DNA of 64,000 bases from an uncultured Candidatus Rokubacteria bacterium (GTDB lineage Bacteria > Methylomirabilota > Methylomirabilia > Rokubacteriales > DASRDR01): NCBI GenBank assembly GCA_963749975.1, contig CAVVOZ010000025.1:1-64000 (forward strand). The letters are read 5' to 3'. Every line of letters starts with the position of its first letter. Position 1 is the first letter of the stretch. Positions 50,586 to 61,890 of this stretch are shown in pieces. The notes beneath the pieces are model-generated. The model was not told the origin of the DNA. It saw only the letters and a list, made by a program, of their open reading frames with translations, and made no database searches. The position numbers were made by a program, and so were the translations under genes.

Positions 50586-51731
50586 ATGGAGGGGACGTTG
50601 GCGGTGAAAGTGCCCCTCAACGATCCGGGTCGGATCTTCGCCGAGTTCCGGGACGAGTTGACGAACGCCATATCGACCACGCTCGGCTCCGGCCGATGGT
50701 TGACTGGGCCGCGGATCGAGGCGTTCGCCGCGTCCTTCCGCCGCTATGTCGGCGACCGACCATTGCGTTCCTGTGGCCAACGGCACCGACGCGCTCGAAC
50801 TGGCGATGCGGGCGCTGCTCCACAACCGGCGCGCCCGCGGGCGCGAGGCGATCACGGTGGCCAATGCGGGCGGCTACGCCGTTACCGCGTGCCGTCTGGT
50901 CGGACTGACGCCAGTCTTCGCGGACATCGACGCGACACACGCAACTGATGTGCATTCCCGCGGCGGTCGCCGCGCTACGGTCCGGAGACGGCGCTGATCG
51001 TGGCCACCCATCTGTATGGATCGATCGTCGACGTTGCGGCTCTTCGCCGGGCGGTGGACGCGGCAGGCTTTGGACATGTGCCGATCCTCGAGGACTGTGC
51101 GCAGGCTCATGGCGGTCGGCTCGGCGGAGCGCCGTGCAGGCTCGCTCGGCGACGTCGCGACGTTCAGTTTCTATCCAACAAAGAACCTGCCGGCAATGGG
51201 CGACGCCGGAGCGGTCGTGACCTCGGATGCGGAGCTCAACGCGACGCTGCGCCGACTCCATCAGTACGGCTGGTCCGAGAGGTATCGAGTGACGATCCCC
51301 GGCGGTCGGAACTCGCGTATGGACGAGATGCAGGCGGCAGTGCTCACGACCTTGCTGCCGTACCTGGACGAGATGAACGCGCGGCGACGCGCCATCCTCG
51401 CGGCCTACCGGCAGGCCGGCGCGTGACCGACTGTGTTTTCTTGCGGACGACGATGGATCGGCGGCTCATCTCGCCGTCGGGCTATCGGACAGGCGCGATG
51501 AAGTCCAGAGGTTCATGTCCGAGCGAGGAATCGCGACGGACGTCCATTACCCGATTCTCGACTGCGACCAGAGCGGCTGGAGTGATCTGCCGCAACGGAT
51601 CGGCCCGGAGGGCTTGAATGTCTCTCGGCAGGCCGTCGCTCGGATCGTCACGTCTTCCGTGCTTTCCATCGATGACCGAGGAGGAGATAGAGTGGGTCGT
51701 CGAGGCGGTGCAAGCGTGGACGGCGCGATGA
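50586..51731 (+). CDS. DegT/DnrJ/EryC1/StrS-family PLP-dependent sugar aminotransferase (FdtB/QdtB-like); at least 4 frame corrections needed
   Basis: …ANGTDALELAMRAL…ATHLYGSIVD…ILEDCAQAHGG…SLGDVATFSFYPTKNLPAMGDAGAV…, …GIATDVHYPI…, and the C-terminal …LPCFPSMTEEEIEWVVEAVQAW in a shifted frame. Confidence 0.7.
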
Positions 51732-52719
51732 AGGATGTCCCGGAGTCGCTCGGAGGCCGAGACGCTCTCGAGGGGCAGGCGACGGGCCGCGGCGTTCGCT
51801 GGTCATCCCGGTCTATCGGAATGCTGAGACGATCGCCCCGCTGATCGATGCGCTGATCGAGCTGAGCCGCACCCTGGGGCCGCATCTCGAGATCGTCTTC
51901 GTGATCGATGGTTCGCCCGACGACTCGGCCGCGCGGCTGATCGACGCGACGGAAGCGCCTGCCGTGCCCATCGAAGATCGTGTTTCACAGCCGCAACTTC
52001 GGGTCGTTCACGGCGATCCGTACGGGCCTCGAGCTGTCCGGCGGCGACCACTTCGCTGCGATGGCGGCGGACCTGCAGGAGCCGCCCGAGCTTGATCGTC
52101 TCGTTTTTCGACCGACTGGAGAAGGACGAGGCCGACATCATATTCGGCCAGCGCATTGGACGCGACGATCCCCCGCTCCGTGCATTCGTCTCGAATCTGT
52201 TCTGGTGGGCGTACCGTCAACTGGTGCTTGCCGGACATCCCGAGAGGCGGGGTCGATCTCTTCGCGTGCAACCGGCGGGTTCGCGACGAGATCCTGCAGA
52301 TCGCGGAGCCGAACAGCTCGCTGATCGCGCAGCTCTTCTGGGTTGGCTTTCGGCGGAGCTTCGTGCCCTACGTCCGCCGGCGGCGCGCGCACGGCAAGAG
52401 CGGGTGGAGCTACTCGCGCCGCCTTCGCTACATGATGGACAGTATCTGCTCCTTCTCCGACGCGCCGATCCAGTTCGTGCTCGGGCTCGGGCTGTTCGGG
52501 TGCGCCGTCAGCATCGTCCTTGGCGGTGACCACCTTCTTCGCACGGCTAGCCGGACTGATTCACGAGCCAGGCTATGCGAGCCTGTTCCTCGTGATCCTC
52601 TTCTTCGGCTCGGCCATTCTGGTCGCGCAGGGGATCGTCGGCTCCTATGTGTGGCGCGCGTTCGAGAACACCAAGAAGAGACCGCTCCGGATCATCTCGC
52701 GCGTGATCTCGGACTGACT
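51727..52719 (+). CDS. GT2 polyprenyl-phosphate hexose transferase (GtrB/ArnC-like); multiple frame corrections needed
   Basis: …LVIPVYRNAETIAPLIDAL…LEIVFVIDGSPDDSAARL…VVLHSRNFGSFTAIRTGLELSGGDHFAAMAADLQEPPEL…. The C-terminus has 2 TM helices (…GYASLFLVILFFGSAILVAQGIVGSYV…). Confidence 0.7.
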
Positions 52720-52733
52720 GCCGATGAACGCGA

Positions 52734-53200
52734 GCGAGGCGATCCCCGGCGTGTTCGTCCACGAGCGGGGACTCTGCGAGAGCCGGTCGGTCGGCGCGGA
52801 ACCCGGATCTGGGCCTTCGCTCATGTGCTCCCCGGCGCTCGTATCGGCCGGGACTGCAACATCTGTGACCACGTCTTCATCGAGAACGACGTGATCGTCG
52901 GCGACGCCGTGACCGTGAAGTCCGGCGTCCAGCTGTGGGACGGTGTGCGGCTGGGCAACCGGGTCTTCGTCGGGCCCAACGCCACGTTCACGAACGACGT
53001 CGTTCCCCCGATCGAAGCGGCAGCCGGAGCGCTTCGCCGAGACGGTGATCGAGGACGATGCGTCGATCGGCGCCAACGCCACGATCCTTCCCGGGTCTCA
53101 GGATTGGCCGGGGGGCGATGATCGGGGCCGGCGCGGTGGTGACCAGGAACGTGCCCGCCCATGCCGTCGTCGTCGGGAATCCGGCAGTGATCAGGGGATA
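52734..53200 (+). CDS. left-handed beta-helix (hexapeptide-repeat) acyl/acetyltransferase, FdtC/WxcM N-domain-like; frame corrections needed; 3' end uncertain
   Basis: …[60 protein letters not shown]… …[12 protein letters not shown]… …[23 protein letters not shown]…. Confidence 0.6.
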
Positions 53201-53334
53201 TGACATCGGCCGGGCCTGGACAAGGACGCGAGGCGCGGCCGGCTCCGACGGGATGCGCTCGCGCCAAGGCGGGGACCAGGGTGGCGGTGGGCGTCGGAGG
53301 GTGCGCGCTCTGGCGCCTCCCGCATTTCGCCGAC

Positions 53335-53704
53335 ATGCGGGGCGAACTCGCGCCGCTCGAGTTCGGGACCGACCTGCCGTTCAGGCCGCAGCGGTCGTTT
53401 CTGGTCTATGGCGTGCCGAGCGAGGACGTCCGCGGCGAGCACGCTCACCGCGCGCTGCGAGCAGCTCCTGGTCGCGGCGCACGGCCGCCTCTCGGTGCTT
53501 CTCGACGACGGACGGTCGCGAACCGTCGTCGTGCTCGACGACCCGACCCTCGGCCTTTACGTGCCCCCGATGATCTGGGCGATCCAGCACAACTTCGAAG
53601 CGGACGCGGTGCTCCTCGTCTTCGCCTCGGAGCCATATGACGCCGACGACTACATCCGCGACTACGAGGTCTTCCTGGCCGCCGTGACCTCGAAACGCTC
53701 GTGA
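53335..53704 (+). CDS. FdtA/QdtA-like sugar 3,4-ketoisomerase (WxcM-like C-terminal cupin domain); one frame correction near 53450
   Basis: …[19 protein letters not shown]… then …[71 protein letters not shown]…. It may be fused to the upstream acetyltransferase, as in WxcM. Confidence 0.65.
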
Positions 53705-53812
53705 ACGACGGGCCGAGGCAGGTCGCTGCCCGTGTCGGCATTGGTGCCGGCGCGGCGTGACCGCGGCGCCGGGACGGATCCGACGCCGATCGCTCCGACG
53801 AGCGTGGGCGCG

Positions 53813-54289
53813 ATGAAGCTCTCGGTGGTGATCCTGAACTGGAACGCGCTCGAGGACACCGCGGCGTGCGTTCGCGCGGTGCAGGGGTGGGAGGCGACGG
53901 GCGTCGTCGAGCGACCGACGATCTGGGTGGTCGACAACGGCTCACGCCCGCCCGGCGTCGAGCCGCTGTGCCTGGAGTATCCTGACGTGAACGTCATCCG
54001 GAGCCCGGCGAATCGCGGGTTCGCGGGAGGGAACAACCTCGGCATCGAGGCGGCCCTCGCCAGCGGCGCCGACGCGGTTCTCCTGCTCAACAACGACGCC
54101 GCCCTGGACGCGAGGAGCGTCGCGGCGATATGCGAGACGCCGGGGTCCAACGGGTACGCGTGCTGGCTCGTGCGGGCCGGCCTGACGGCCGGGCAGGCGC
54201 TGTGGCGGCGGGCTCGGGCGGCCGCGCTGGGGGGGCTTGACGGAGTCCGTGGCCGGTTCTCGGGGCAGAACCAGCGAGTGCTCTCGTGA
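53813..54289 (+). CDS. GT2-family glycosyltransferase, N-terminal part (apparently truncated or frameshifted)
   Basis: MKLSVVILNWNALEDTAACV…VVDNGSRPPG…ANRGFAGGNNLGI…VLLLNNDA…. Confidence 0.55.
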   Translation: MKLSVVILNWNALEDTAACVRAVQGWEATGVVERPTIWVVDNGSRPPGVEPLCLEYPDVNVIRSPANRGFAGGNNLGIEAALASGADAVLLLNNDAALDARSVAAICETPGSNGYACWLVRAGLTAGQALWRRARAAALGGLDGVRGRFSGQNQRVLS

Positions 54290-54399
54290 CGGCTCGGGTG
54301 GGCCGCCGCCACGAGGGGGTCGTGCACCGGCCGCGACGTCAGTGCGGCACGACCCGACCGATCCAGGCGATGAGCGGCTGGACGGGCGGTCGGGACGGT

Positions 54400-55425
54400 T
54401 GCGGCGCTGAGGGTCCTCTATCTTCTGACGACACCGCCGCCGGTCGTAGCCGGGACCGACGCGGTGGTGCAGGAGGTCGACCTGCTGCGCAAACGGTTCG
54501 GCGGCGAGGCAATCTACCTGCGTCCGTCGTGGCGGGCTCGCGCCTGGTATCCGAGCCGGCTCCTCGGGCTCCATCGCCTCCGGGCCATCAGGCGGCGGGA
54601 CAGGGACGTCGACCTTCACCACGTCTACGCCTCTCAGCTCTTCGACTTGCCCCTGCTGCGCCTCGTCGAGCGGCCCGTCGTCTACACGGTCACCTCGGGC
54701 GTGGGGCCCGCGCACCGGATGCCACCAGTGTCCTATCTGCGTCGACTGCGGGCGATCGTGGTCCCGGGTCGGGCCGATCTGGATGCCCTGACGCGGCTCG
54801 GGCTGGAGAACGTGTGCGTGGTCCCGCCGGGCATCGACGTGAGCCCATTCATCGACACGCCCGCACCGTCTGGATCGGAGTTCATCCTGCTCGCGGGCTC
54901 CGCGCCGTGGGCGCGCCAGCAGTTCCGGACCAAGGGCGTCGACGCCCTGCTCGCGCGTGGCGCGCGCAGATGGAGGACGTACGCCTGGTGTTCCTGTGGC
55001 GAGGGCGTGCTGCTCCGCGGAGCTGATCGCGCGGGTGAGGGACGCAGGGCTGGCCGAGCGAGTGGAGATTCTCCGGGACCGGGTCGACGTGAGCCGGGTG
55101 CTGACGCGGGTCCACGCGGCAGTGGTGCTCGCGGAAGGGCCCGGGCTCGTCAAGGCGTACCCGCACTCGCTCCTGGAGGCCCTCGCCGCTGGCCGACCAG
55201 TCGTGATCAGCGATGGGAACCCGATGGCCGCAGTACGTCCAGGCGACGCGGTGTGGCTGCGTCGTGCAGGGCGTGGACCAGGCGAGCCTGGGCCAAGCCA
55301 TTCGGGAGCTCCGGCGGAACTACGGCGTATACCGCGCGCACGCCACCGAGGTGGGAAAGCGGGACTTCTCGCAGGAGGCGCTCGTCTCCGCGTACCGCGA
55401 TCTGTACTGTGGGCTCGTCGGCTGA
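54400..55425 (+). CDS. GT4 (glycosyltransferase family 1 fold) protein, spread over at least 3 frames
   Basis: …LRVLYLLTTPPPVVAGTDAVVQEVDLL…, …GSAPWARQQFRTKGVDALL…, and …LVKAYPHSLLEALAAGRPVVISDG… (the EX7E-like region). Confidence 0.55.
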
Positions 55426-55701
55426 GGATCGGGCGCGCGATGGGCACCAAGCCGGGAGAGAGCCCATGCGGGGCGGCGCCGGGCCACGGTGTTCGAGGTC
55501 GCCAATGAGCATTCAACTGGTCGCCTTAGGCAAATGCCGAGCAACTTGGCGTAGCGGGGATCGCATCGCTTGTACCGGCCCTACTTGGTCTCATCCTCAT
55601 CCACGGGCCGTTGTTGCGGCCGGAACTCTTCTATGCTCCATGGCACCCCGATGACTTTCGCGCGCTGACGGGAGACCTGGCGCGGCACCCCCATCCGTCC
55701 C

Positions 55702-57027
55702 GTGTCATCACGGTTTGTGTATCACTTCGGAAAGCTCGGGGAGGCCTCATACTACACACTCTTTGTTCTCGTGTGGATGTTTGCCCTGATACTGACATGC
55801 GCTTTGGCTTGTCGGGTGTTCGGGCTCGCGGCGCGGCTGAGGCGTTTCATGTGTCTGACGTTCGTAGGCTCTTTCATCTGGTATGCGCAAGCGGCCTCGT
55901 TTCAGAACGTGCAGTATCTGGGCCTCGTCCCGAACAGCGTGTCGTACTTATCGGGTGTCTCCGCGGCAATCGCCTTGTTGGGTCTCACGGACGGATGGCG
56001 CGGCGTGTGGAACTCGCGGCTAGGCTTGGTCGTGTTCGCCGCGCTGACAATCGTCTCAGCGTTCGCGAAGGAGGACATGCCCGTCTTTCTGCTCGCGACT
56101 GCGATCTACGGAGGCGTCCGTCTCCGTATGCAGGGTGTGGCGCGTGATGAAGCAGTGCGCTTCTCTGCCGTCGCGGCTGGCGTCATCTGCGGCAGCTACG
56201 CGCTATCGTTCGCGTCCGCCATCCGAAACGCGTCCCCCTTTATCGGCAACATGAGTGGCAGCGGACCATACGATCTCAGCAACATATGGGTGAACATCCC
56301 AAGAAACGTCTGGTTCTACGTGACGATCTCCCCCGCAACGATTCTGCTGGTGAGTGGGTTCGCAATCGCCGCGACCGTGGCAGCCTTGCGGCCACTGCGC
56401 CCATTCACTGCCGCCATAGTCTTCGTGTTCGTGTCGTTCTTCGCATTAATGGCGCCGTACCTCATACTTCCACGGCACTTTGATTTCTACGCGATGAACT
56501 TCGTGCCAATCCTGGCGTTCAGCGTGGCGCCGGTCATGATGATCGCCTGCAGTGAAAGGATCCGTCCAGCCGCGGTGCGAACACTAGTCGCATTGGCGTT
56601 GATCGTAGCCGTCATGGCCACCCTGTATTGGGTTGACTACCGTCCGCGGTACAATTCTCTCTACTGGATACGGCACATTCGGGAAATGGCGAAGCGCCAG
56701 CTTGACGAGGTGCAGCGTGCCGGCGATCTTGGACTGCGGGCCTGCTCATCGGTGCGGGTGACTGGTGCAACGGACCTCGGCCCGTTCCTGGATGGGTCTG
56801 CCGCCTATCTCACGAGAGGGCTTGGCCGCCGGCTTCGCTGGACGATCGTGACTGAGCCGGGAACACGTATCGATGGTTGGTCCAGGAGCCGACCCTTCCG
56901 GGACACAAACTGGCGCTATGTCGCTGGGGGCGAGGCCGGTCCTCCGTTGCCGAGCGAGTGCCGGCTCGTCTTTGACCCGAAGACATTGCGGGCAACCTTC
57001 TATCCCGCTCAGGGCGCCGGTAGCTGA
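55702..57027 (+). CDS. polytopic membrane protein (about 10-11 TM plus a ~120-aa C-terminal soluble domain); putative glycan polymerase or GT-C-type transferase; lower GC than the flanks
   Basis: 441-aa ORF with many hydrophobic helices. GC is visibly lower than the neighbouring genes. Confidence 0.6.
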   Translation: MSSRFVYHFGKLGEASYYTLFVLVWMFALILTCALACRVFGLAARLRRFMCLTFVGSFIWYAQAASFQNVQYLGLVPNSVSYLSGVSAAIALLGLTDGWRGVWNSRLGLVVFAALTIVSAFAKEDMPVFLLATAIYGGVRLRMQGVARDEAVRFSAVAAGVICGSYALSFASAIRNASPFIGNMSGSGPYDLSNIWVNIPRNVWFYVTISPATILLVSGFAIAATVAALRPLRPFTAAIVFVFVSFFALMAPYLILPRHFDFYAMNFVPILAFSVAPVMMIACSERIRPAAVRTLVALALIVAVMATLYWVDYRPRYNSLYWIRHIREMAKRQLDEVQRAGDLGLRACSSVRVTGATDLGPFLDGSAAYLTRGLGRRLRWTIVTEPGTRIDGWSRSRPFRDTNWRYVAGGEAGPPLPSECRLVFDPKTLRATFYPAQGAGS

Positions 57028-57029
57028 AG

Positions 57030-59034
57030 AGAGCCGGGCTGCCGTCGGCGCCGGCGGCGGTTCGGAGAGCCGGGTGGCCTTGCGGGTCTTCCGCGCGATT
57101 ATGGCGAACTGAGGATCGCCGTAGTAGCGAAGCCGCCGCGACCAGTAGGTGACCACCTCCGCCTGCGCGAAGCGATCCGCGGGTGCCCATCGGCTCCTAC
57201 AGCAAGTCAGGCGTTCCGGTGCCTTCTGCGCGATCAGAAGCACCTGTGGATCGCCGTAGTAGCGAAGCTGCCGGGACCAATATGTGACCACTTCCGGCTG
57301 CGTAAAGCCGACGCTCCTCAGGTCGTCCAGGAGACGCCAGCCGAAGGTTCGAAATGCCAGGGATCCAGCCTTGTTCACCGGATTGCCATGGTACTCAGGC
57401 TCCATGAGATGTGTGACCATACCGCGTCCGTCCATCACTGCCCTGACCTGGTACTCGTGGTGGTCAACCGAGAAGGGCGCGGTGAGCAGGAGATAGCCTT
57501 CGGGGCGAAGAGTCCGAAAGAATTCTCGCAGCGCCTGATGTTCATCACCGACGTGTTCCAGCACGTCGAATGACAGGATGTAGTCGAAGGCTCCGTCGGG
57601 GAAGGAGAGTGCCTGGATGTCTTCGTGTCGAATGCCATCGACCACGGTGCCGTGCTGGTGCGCTGCGCCGAGATACTCGCTTCCCACGATGTTGGGGAAG
57701 CGCTGTTTCAGGCTCGCGAAGAGGGACGTGACCTGCTCGGTGATGTAGATGCGACTGTCGGCCCTGGGCCGGATCTCCTGGCGGAAGATCTGGAACGCGC
57801 CGCGGAGCCGCGTCACCAGACGGCAGCCGAGACAGTCGAGATGTTCGCGCCAGTTCGGTATTGCTCGGCCGTCTGGCAGGTTGCGCTGTGAGTACATCGC
57901 GCTGACGCGGAAGTCGCTAGGCTCCTCGCAGAAGGCGCAGAACCCGGAAAGGGTGAACACGTTAGCGGCCGGGATGTCGAGTGTCTCGACAGCGAGGCGC
58001 CTCGCAGAAACCGCCTGGGACACGGTGCGCCACGCCTGATAGTCATCCTGGCTCGACCAGCGCATCACGGGAAGATACGGAACCGCACTGTCGGGCTCCC
58101 GACGGCCAGCCGCCACCGCGGGCGGGGTGTGAGGATTCTGGCCGCTCGCACCCAGCCAACCGAAGGCGTACGGAATTGCCTTGAAGTACCCATGCCCCCG
58201 TGCGATCACTCGGGCGCGGTATTCGTCCAGCAAGGCGCGGAGCCCCCCAATGTTGTGGGCTTCGAACTGGGTGCTGTGACGAGAAAAGACGTCTTCGTCC
58301 TCGATCTTGTTTCCGCTGAAGTGGACAAACCGCAGCGGGCGATCGTTGACGAGCCAGGAGTCCTCGACTCGCGACACCCGACGCTGAGCAAGGTTCCAGT
58401 AGCCGACGTTGTACCCGGGGTGACGCAAGAGGACAGAGCGCTCGATGAACGCCGGAAGCAAGTCTGCCCACTTCTGGTCGACGAACAGGCCGCTGTCGAG
58501 GTCGATGGTGCAGTGGAACTCGAGTCGTCGTGCCCACCACCAGACGGCGCGCCGCACCTCCGGAGTGTCGCGAAGGGTGCAAAAACCGAGATTGTTGATT
58601 CCGTAGCGGAGAGCCTGCTGATCGCCGAACTCCGCGTATTCCGCCGGTTCGGTGATGTGGGGGGTCAGGACGCATTCCACCCCGCTCTTCAGGAGGTCCA
58701 GCAGCTCGGCGAATCGGCTCACGACCAGAATATCAGGATCGAGGTACAGCACCGTCTCGCCGGGATGGAGGTCAAACAGAGAGAGGAAGGCGAACGGCTT
58801 CAGAGCCGTGTTGAGCTCGGTGATGTTGTACCGCTCGCTCATGGCCTCGAAATTGGGCACACTCAGATCGTCGGGACTCAAGATCTGGAACGGGAAGGCG
58901 TCCGCGTCGAAATCGGTGGGCTCGTCCGCGAGGATCGCATAGAAGGGCACTTCGGGGTGAAAGTGCCTGAAGGTGTCGTGGAGCGTCTGCGTGTAGCCAT
59001 AGAAGTTTCGAGAGCTGATCGTGAACGCGATCAT
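57030..59034 (-). CDS. bifunctional GT-A-fold glycosyltransferase (DxD) plus class I SAM-methyltransferase fusion; the 3' end is uncertain and overlaps a duplicated segment
   Basis: N-terminus: …FYAILADEPTDFD…VLYLDPDILVV…. C-terminus: …AFDYILSFDVLEHVGDEH…LRPEGYLLLTAPF…. It starts at an ATGA overlap with the upstream GT4 stop. The C-terminal ~30 aa (…VVTYWSR(Q/R)LRYYGDPQ…IA(Q/R)K) occur twice. Confidence 0.6.
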
Positions 59035-60240
59035 TCCCGGGTCGTCGACACGGTACGTGGCGATGACTCGGCGCTGACGTGCTGACCGGTCGGCGCCCCG
59101 ATGGCGCGAAGGGTGCTGATCAACTGGCGCGCTCCGACCTCGAGGGAGTGGGTCCGGGCCACCCAGGCCATGCCGCAGTTGGACAGCGATGCCCACCTGA
59201 CGGGATCAGCGTAGAGGTCCAGGACTGCCGCGGCGAAGGACTTGGGATCATTGGCGACCACGATCTCCTCTCCGGTGAATCCCATGCCTTCGGCCGCGAT
59301 CTGGGTGAGGACGCAGGGGACGCCATGAGCGAGACTGGTAATCACCTTGCCCTTGGCGCCAGCTCCGTAACGCAGGGGCGCAACAGTGAGGCGAACTTGC
59401 GCAAGCCGGGTCGATAGGTCCTGCACATGTCCGATCGGCACGAAGCCAGGGTCCGAGCGGGCGGATAGGGACTCGGGGATGTCCGGTCCGATAGCATAGA
59501 AACACATGCCTGGGGACGATGCTCGAATCAGAGGCCAGATCTCGTCGAGGAAGTACTCGACCGCATCCACGTTGGGGCGGTGAAGAAACCCTCCGAGAAA
59601 GGCCAGGCCGCTCCGACGTTCGTAGCCATGCGTGCACCCAGGGACATCATGCATCAGGGGCATCCAGACGACGCATGCGCCCGGAGCTGCTGACTCGAGC
59701 AGCGACTTCTCGGCCGTCGACACGACGAACGTCGCGTCGGCCATTCGCGCCACGTAAATCTCGCGTTCCCGGGTCGCCATGGCGCGGTACATCGCTATTC
59801 GATTATGCGACAGCGTGGCCTCTCGCTCCTCCCTCAGCCAATGAAGATCGACGGTGTTGAAGAGCACCTTCGCCTTGACGCAGTAGTGGCGCACGTCATC
59901 GATGTATGTCCCACCGGAGTCGACTCTCGACAGTAACGCCACATCGACACGACTGCCGATACGCGCGAGAAACTCGGGGATCGACCGAGTGTACGCTCGA
60001 CGCGGGACCGTCACGCCCAGCGCCAGAAGCCGCTGCGGATCGCCAATCGACGTTCCACCGGCAGCCGGCACGTAGATCACGTGATAGCCGAGGGCCTGAA
60101 ATAGCCTCACGAAGTTCAGCGCGAGGATCGAACCGGCGTCACGGTCCGGACGCGGGTAGTCGTCGTCGATGGCGAGAACCACTGGCGCATGCTCCGGGAC
60201 GCCGGCTAATGGACCGGGGCCCAGGACTACACGCTCCATC
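59031..60240 (-). CDS. GT4 glycosyltransferase
   Basis: …VVLAIDDDYPRPDRDAGS… at the N-terminus. …GAKGKVITSLAHGVPCVLTQIAAEGMGFTGEEIVVANDPKSFAAAV… at the C-terminus. Confidence 0.7.
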
Positions 60241-60399
60241 TGGTGCCGCAGTCTCGACCGGGTCGGGGCGGGGTCGGAGTGTCGGCCACGCGCGGGAGCC
60301 AGGAGCGCCCGCGCGAGAGCCATTGGGCGAGGGGAGGCGGCGCTCCCGCATCCCGTGCTTCAGGTAGTGAAGGAGTGGATTCACACCCGCGTCGCGTAC

Positions 60400-60780
60400 A
60401 TCCGGGTACCTTGATCGGTACCAGGCAGACCGGAATAGCGGACTGGGATCGCGCCCCTCGAATCCGCCATAGAAGTAGTAATGATCCAGAGGGTTGAGCG
60501 ACTTGGCGGCCGCGACATCCGCGTAGGTTCGGAGATACCAGGAAGTCCGGAATAGGGCGTTCGGGTTTCGACCCTCGGTGACCCCGTGCCGTCGGTAGTG
60601 GCGCTCCGGATGAACTCCGGCGCGCGCGACATCCGGGTATTGCGCGAGATAGAAGTGGCTATCAAACAGCGGGTTGTGCCAGGAGTAGGAGAGCACCGGT
60701 TCCGGGATCGTTCGCACGAGGATCCGGCTGGCGACGTCGCGCCCTGTCCGAAGACGATTCCGCCAGCGCCATTGGTTCAC
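60400..60780 (-). CDS. protein with 3 tandem ~35-aa repeats (F..xYLxxYPDVAxAGVxPxxHYxxHGxxEGRxP); possibly the N-terminal module of the downstream GT4
   Basis: FDSHFYLAQYPDVARAGVHPERHYRRHGVTEGRNP, FRTSWYLRTYADVAAAKSLNPLDHYYFYGGFEGRDP and FRSAWYRSRYPDVRDAGVNPLLHYLKHGMRERRLP. The 3' end is unclear, with ORF overlap. Confidence 0.45.
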
Positions 60781-60867
60781 GATGAGGCACCCTGCGCGAA
60801 ACTCGCCGCTCGCCCGTGGAGGTTACCCACCATGGTGCTCGTTGTCAGTGCCCCGCAGACCACACCG

Positions 60868-61890
60868 TCACGCCGGCCGCCGCCCCTTCCTGAGTCGTCG
60901 GCGGAACTTTCGGGCGAAGGGGTAGGGCTGGAGCCAGCTGCGCAGGCCCGCGTCAGTGCCGACCAGGCGGCGGCTCTGAATCTGCCGCCGGGTGGACATG
61001 GCATGGGGCAGGAAGCGCAGCATGTCAACGTATCCAGAGAGTCCTGTCGGGTGACTGAACCCATAGTCAACGAACCGGAGAATCTCCGTGATGAGGATCG
61101 CGCCCAGATCCGGGAGGAGGTCCGCCGGCCGGTCATTGCGTAGCATCATCAGATAGCGGTTCTTCAGCGAGTGGTGGATTTCGAGCACGCTTTGCCGCCA
61201 CCGGTCGCCCCTGTGTCCGCGCTCGTGCTCAGCGATCGCGGCGGGGACGTAGTAGGCCTTCCAGCCGCGAAGGCGTGCGCGCCAGTCGAGATCAACGTCC
61301 TCTAGATAGGCGAAGAACGTCGAATCGAAGTATTCGTTGCCGAGTCGCACGTCGTCGAGCATCGCGCGCCGATACAGAGCTGCCGCCGCACACACGCCGA
61401 ACACCTCGCCGGCAGAATCGTATTGGCCGTGATCGGGCTCGTTTTCCCCTCTGTTCGCCGCCACGCGGTTGCGGTGGAGTACGTGGCCCGTCGAGTCGAG
61501 AAGGGCAACCTCGCCGCCGCGAGCCGGCCGGAGCAGCTTACCGGTCACACTTCCAATGGTGGGATCGGCTTCCGCCGCCCGCTCCAGGCGCTCGATGTAG
61601 CGGGGCTGGAGATACGCGTCGGGGTTGAGCAGCAAGACGTAGGGCGTCGGCGTTCGCCGGATTAGTTCATTGGCAGCTTGCGCGAAGCCGACGTTCTCCG
61701 AAGCGCGCATGACCACCGTCGCCCCCAGCTGCTCGGCCAATGCGGCTGACTCGTCGCGGGAGGCATTGTCCCACACGAGGATGCGAGCGGGCCTCCAGGT
61801 CTGAGTACCGAGCGCGTCGAGGCATCGACGGAGGTACCGCTGGCTGTTGTACGTCACGATGCAGGCGGTGACCTTCTCGGTCACGGCCGC
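60868..61890 (-). CDS. GT2 glycosyltransferase (rhamnosyltransferase-like)
   Basis: …VTACIVTYNSQRYLRRCLDAL…ILVWDNASRDES…VLLLNPDAYL…YFDSTFFAYLEDVDLDWR…. Confidence 0.75.
   Translation of the reverse strand, partial: AAVTEKVTACIVTYNSQRYLRRCLDALGTQTWRPARILVWDNASRDESAALAEQLGATVVMRASENVGFAQAANELIRRTPTPYVLLLNPDAYLQPRYIERLERAAEADPTIGSVTGKLLRPARGGEVALLDSTGHVLHRNRVAANRGENEPDHGQYDSAGEVFGVCAAAALYRRAMLDDVRLGNEYFDSTFFAYLEDVDLDWRARLRGWKAYYVPAAIAEHERGHRGDRWRQSVLEIHHSLKNRYLMMLRNDRPADLLPDLGAILITEILRFVDYGFSHPTGLSGYVDMLRFLPHAMSTRRQIQSRRLVGTDAGLRSWLQPYPFARKFRRRLRKGRRPA

Noticed and set aside
52734-53704. Single bifunctional WxcM-like gene (LbH acetyltransferase fused to the FdtA-like domain)
   Set aside because: This is possible. 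The frame is open across 53200-53335 in one frame, but a clean ATG (53335) precedes the FdtA-like part and the linker sequence looks non-protein-like. Annotated as two genes with the fusion flagged.
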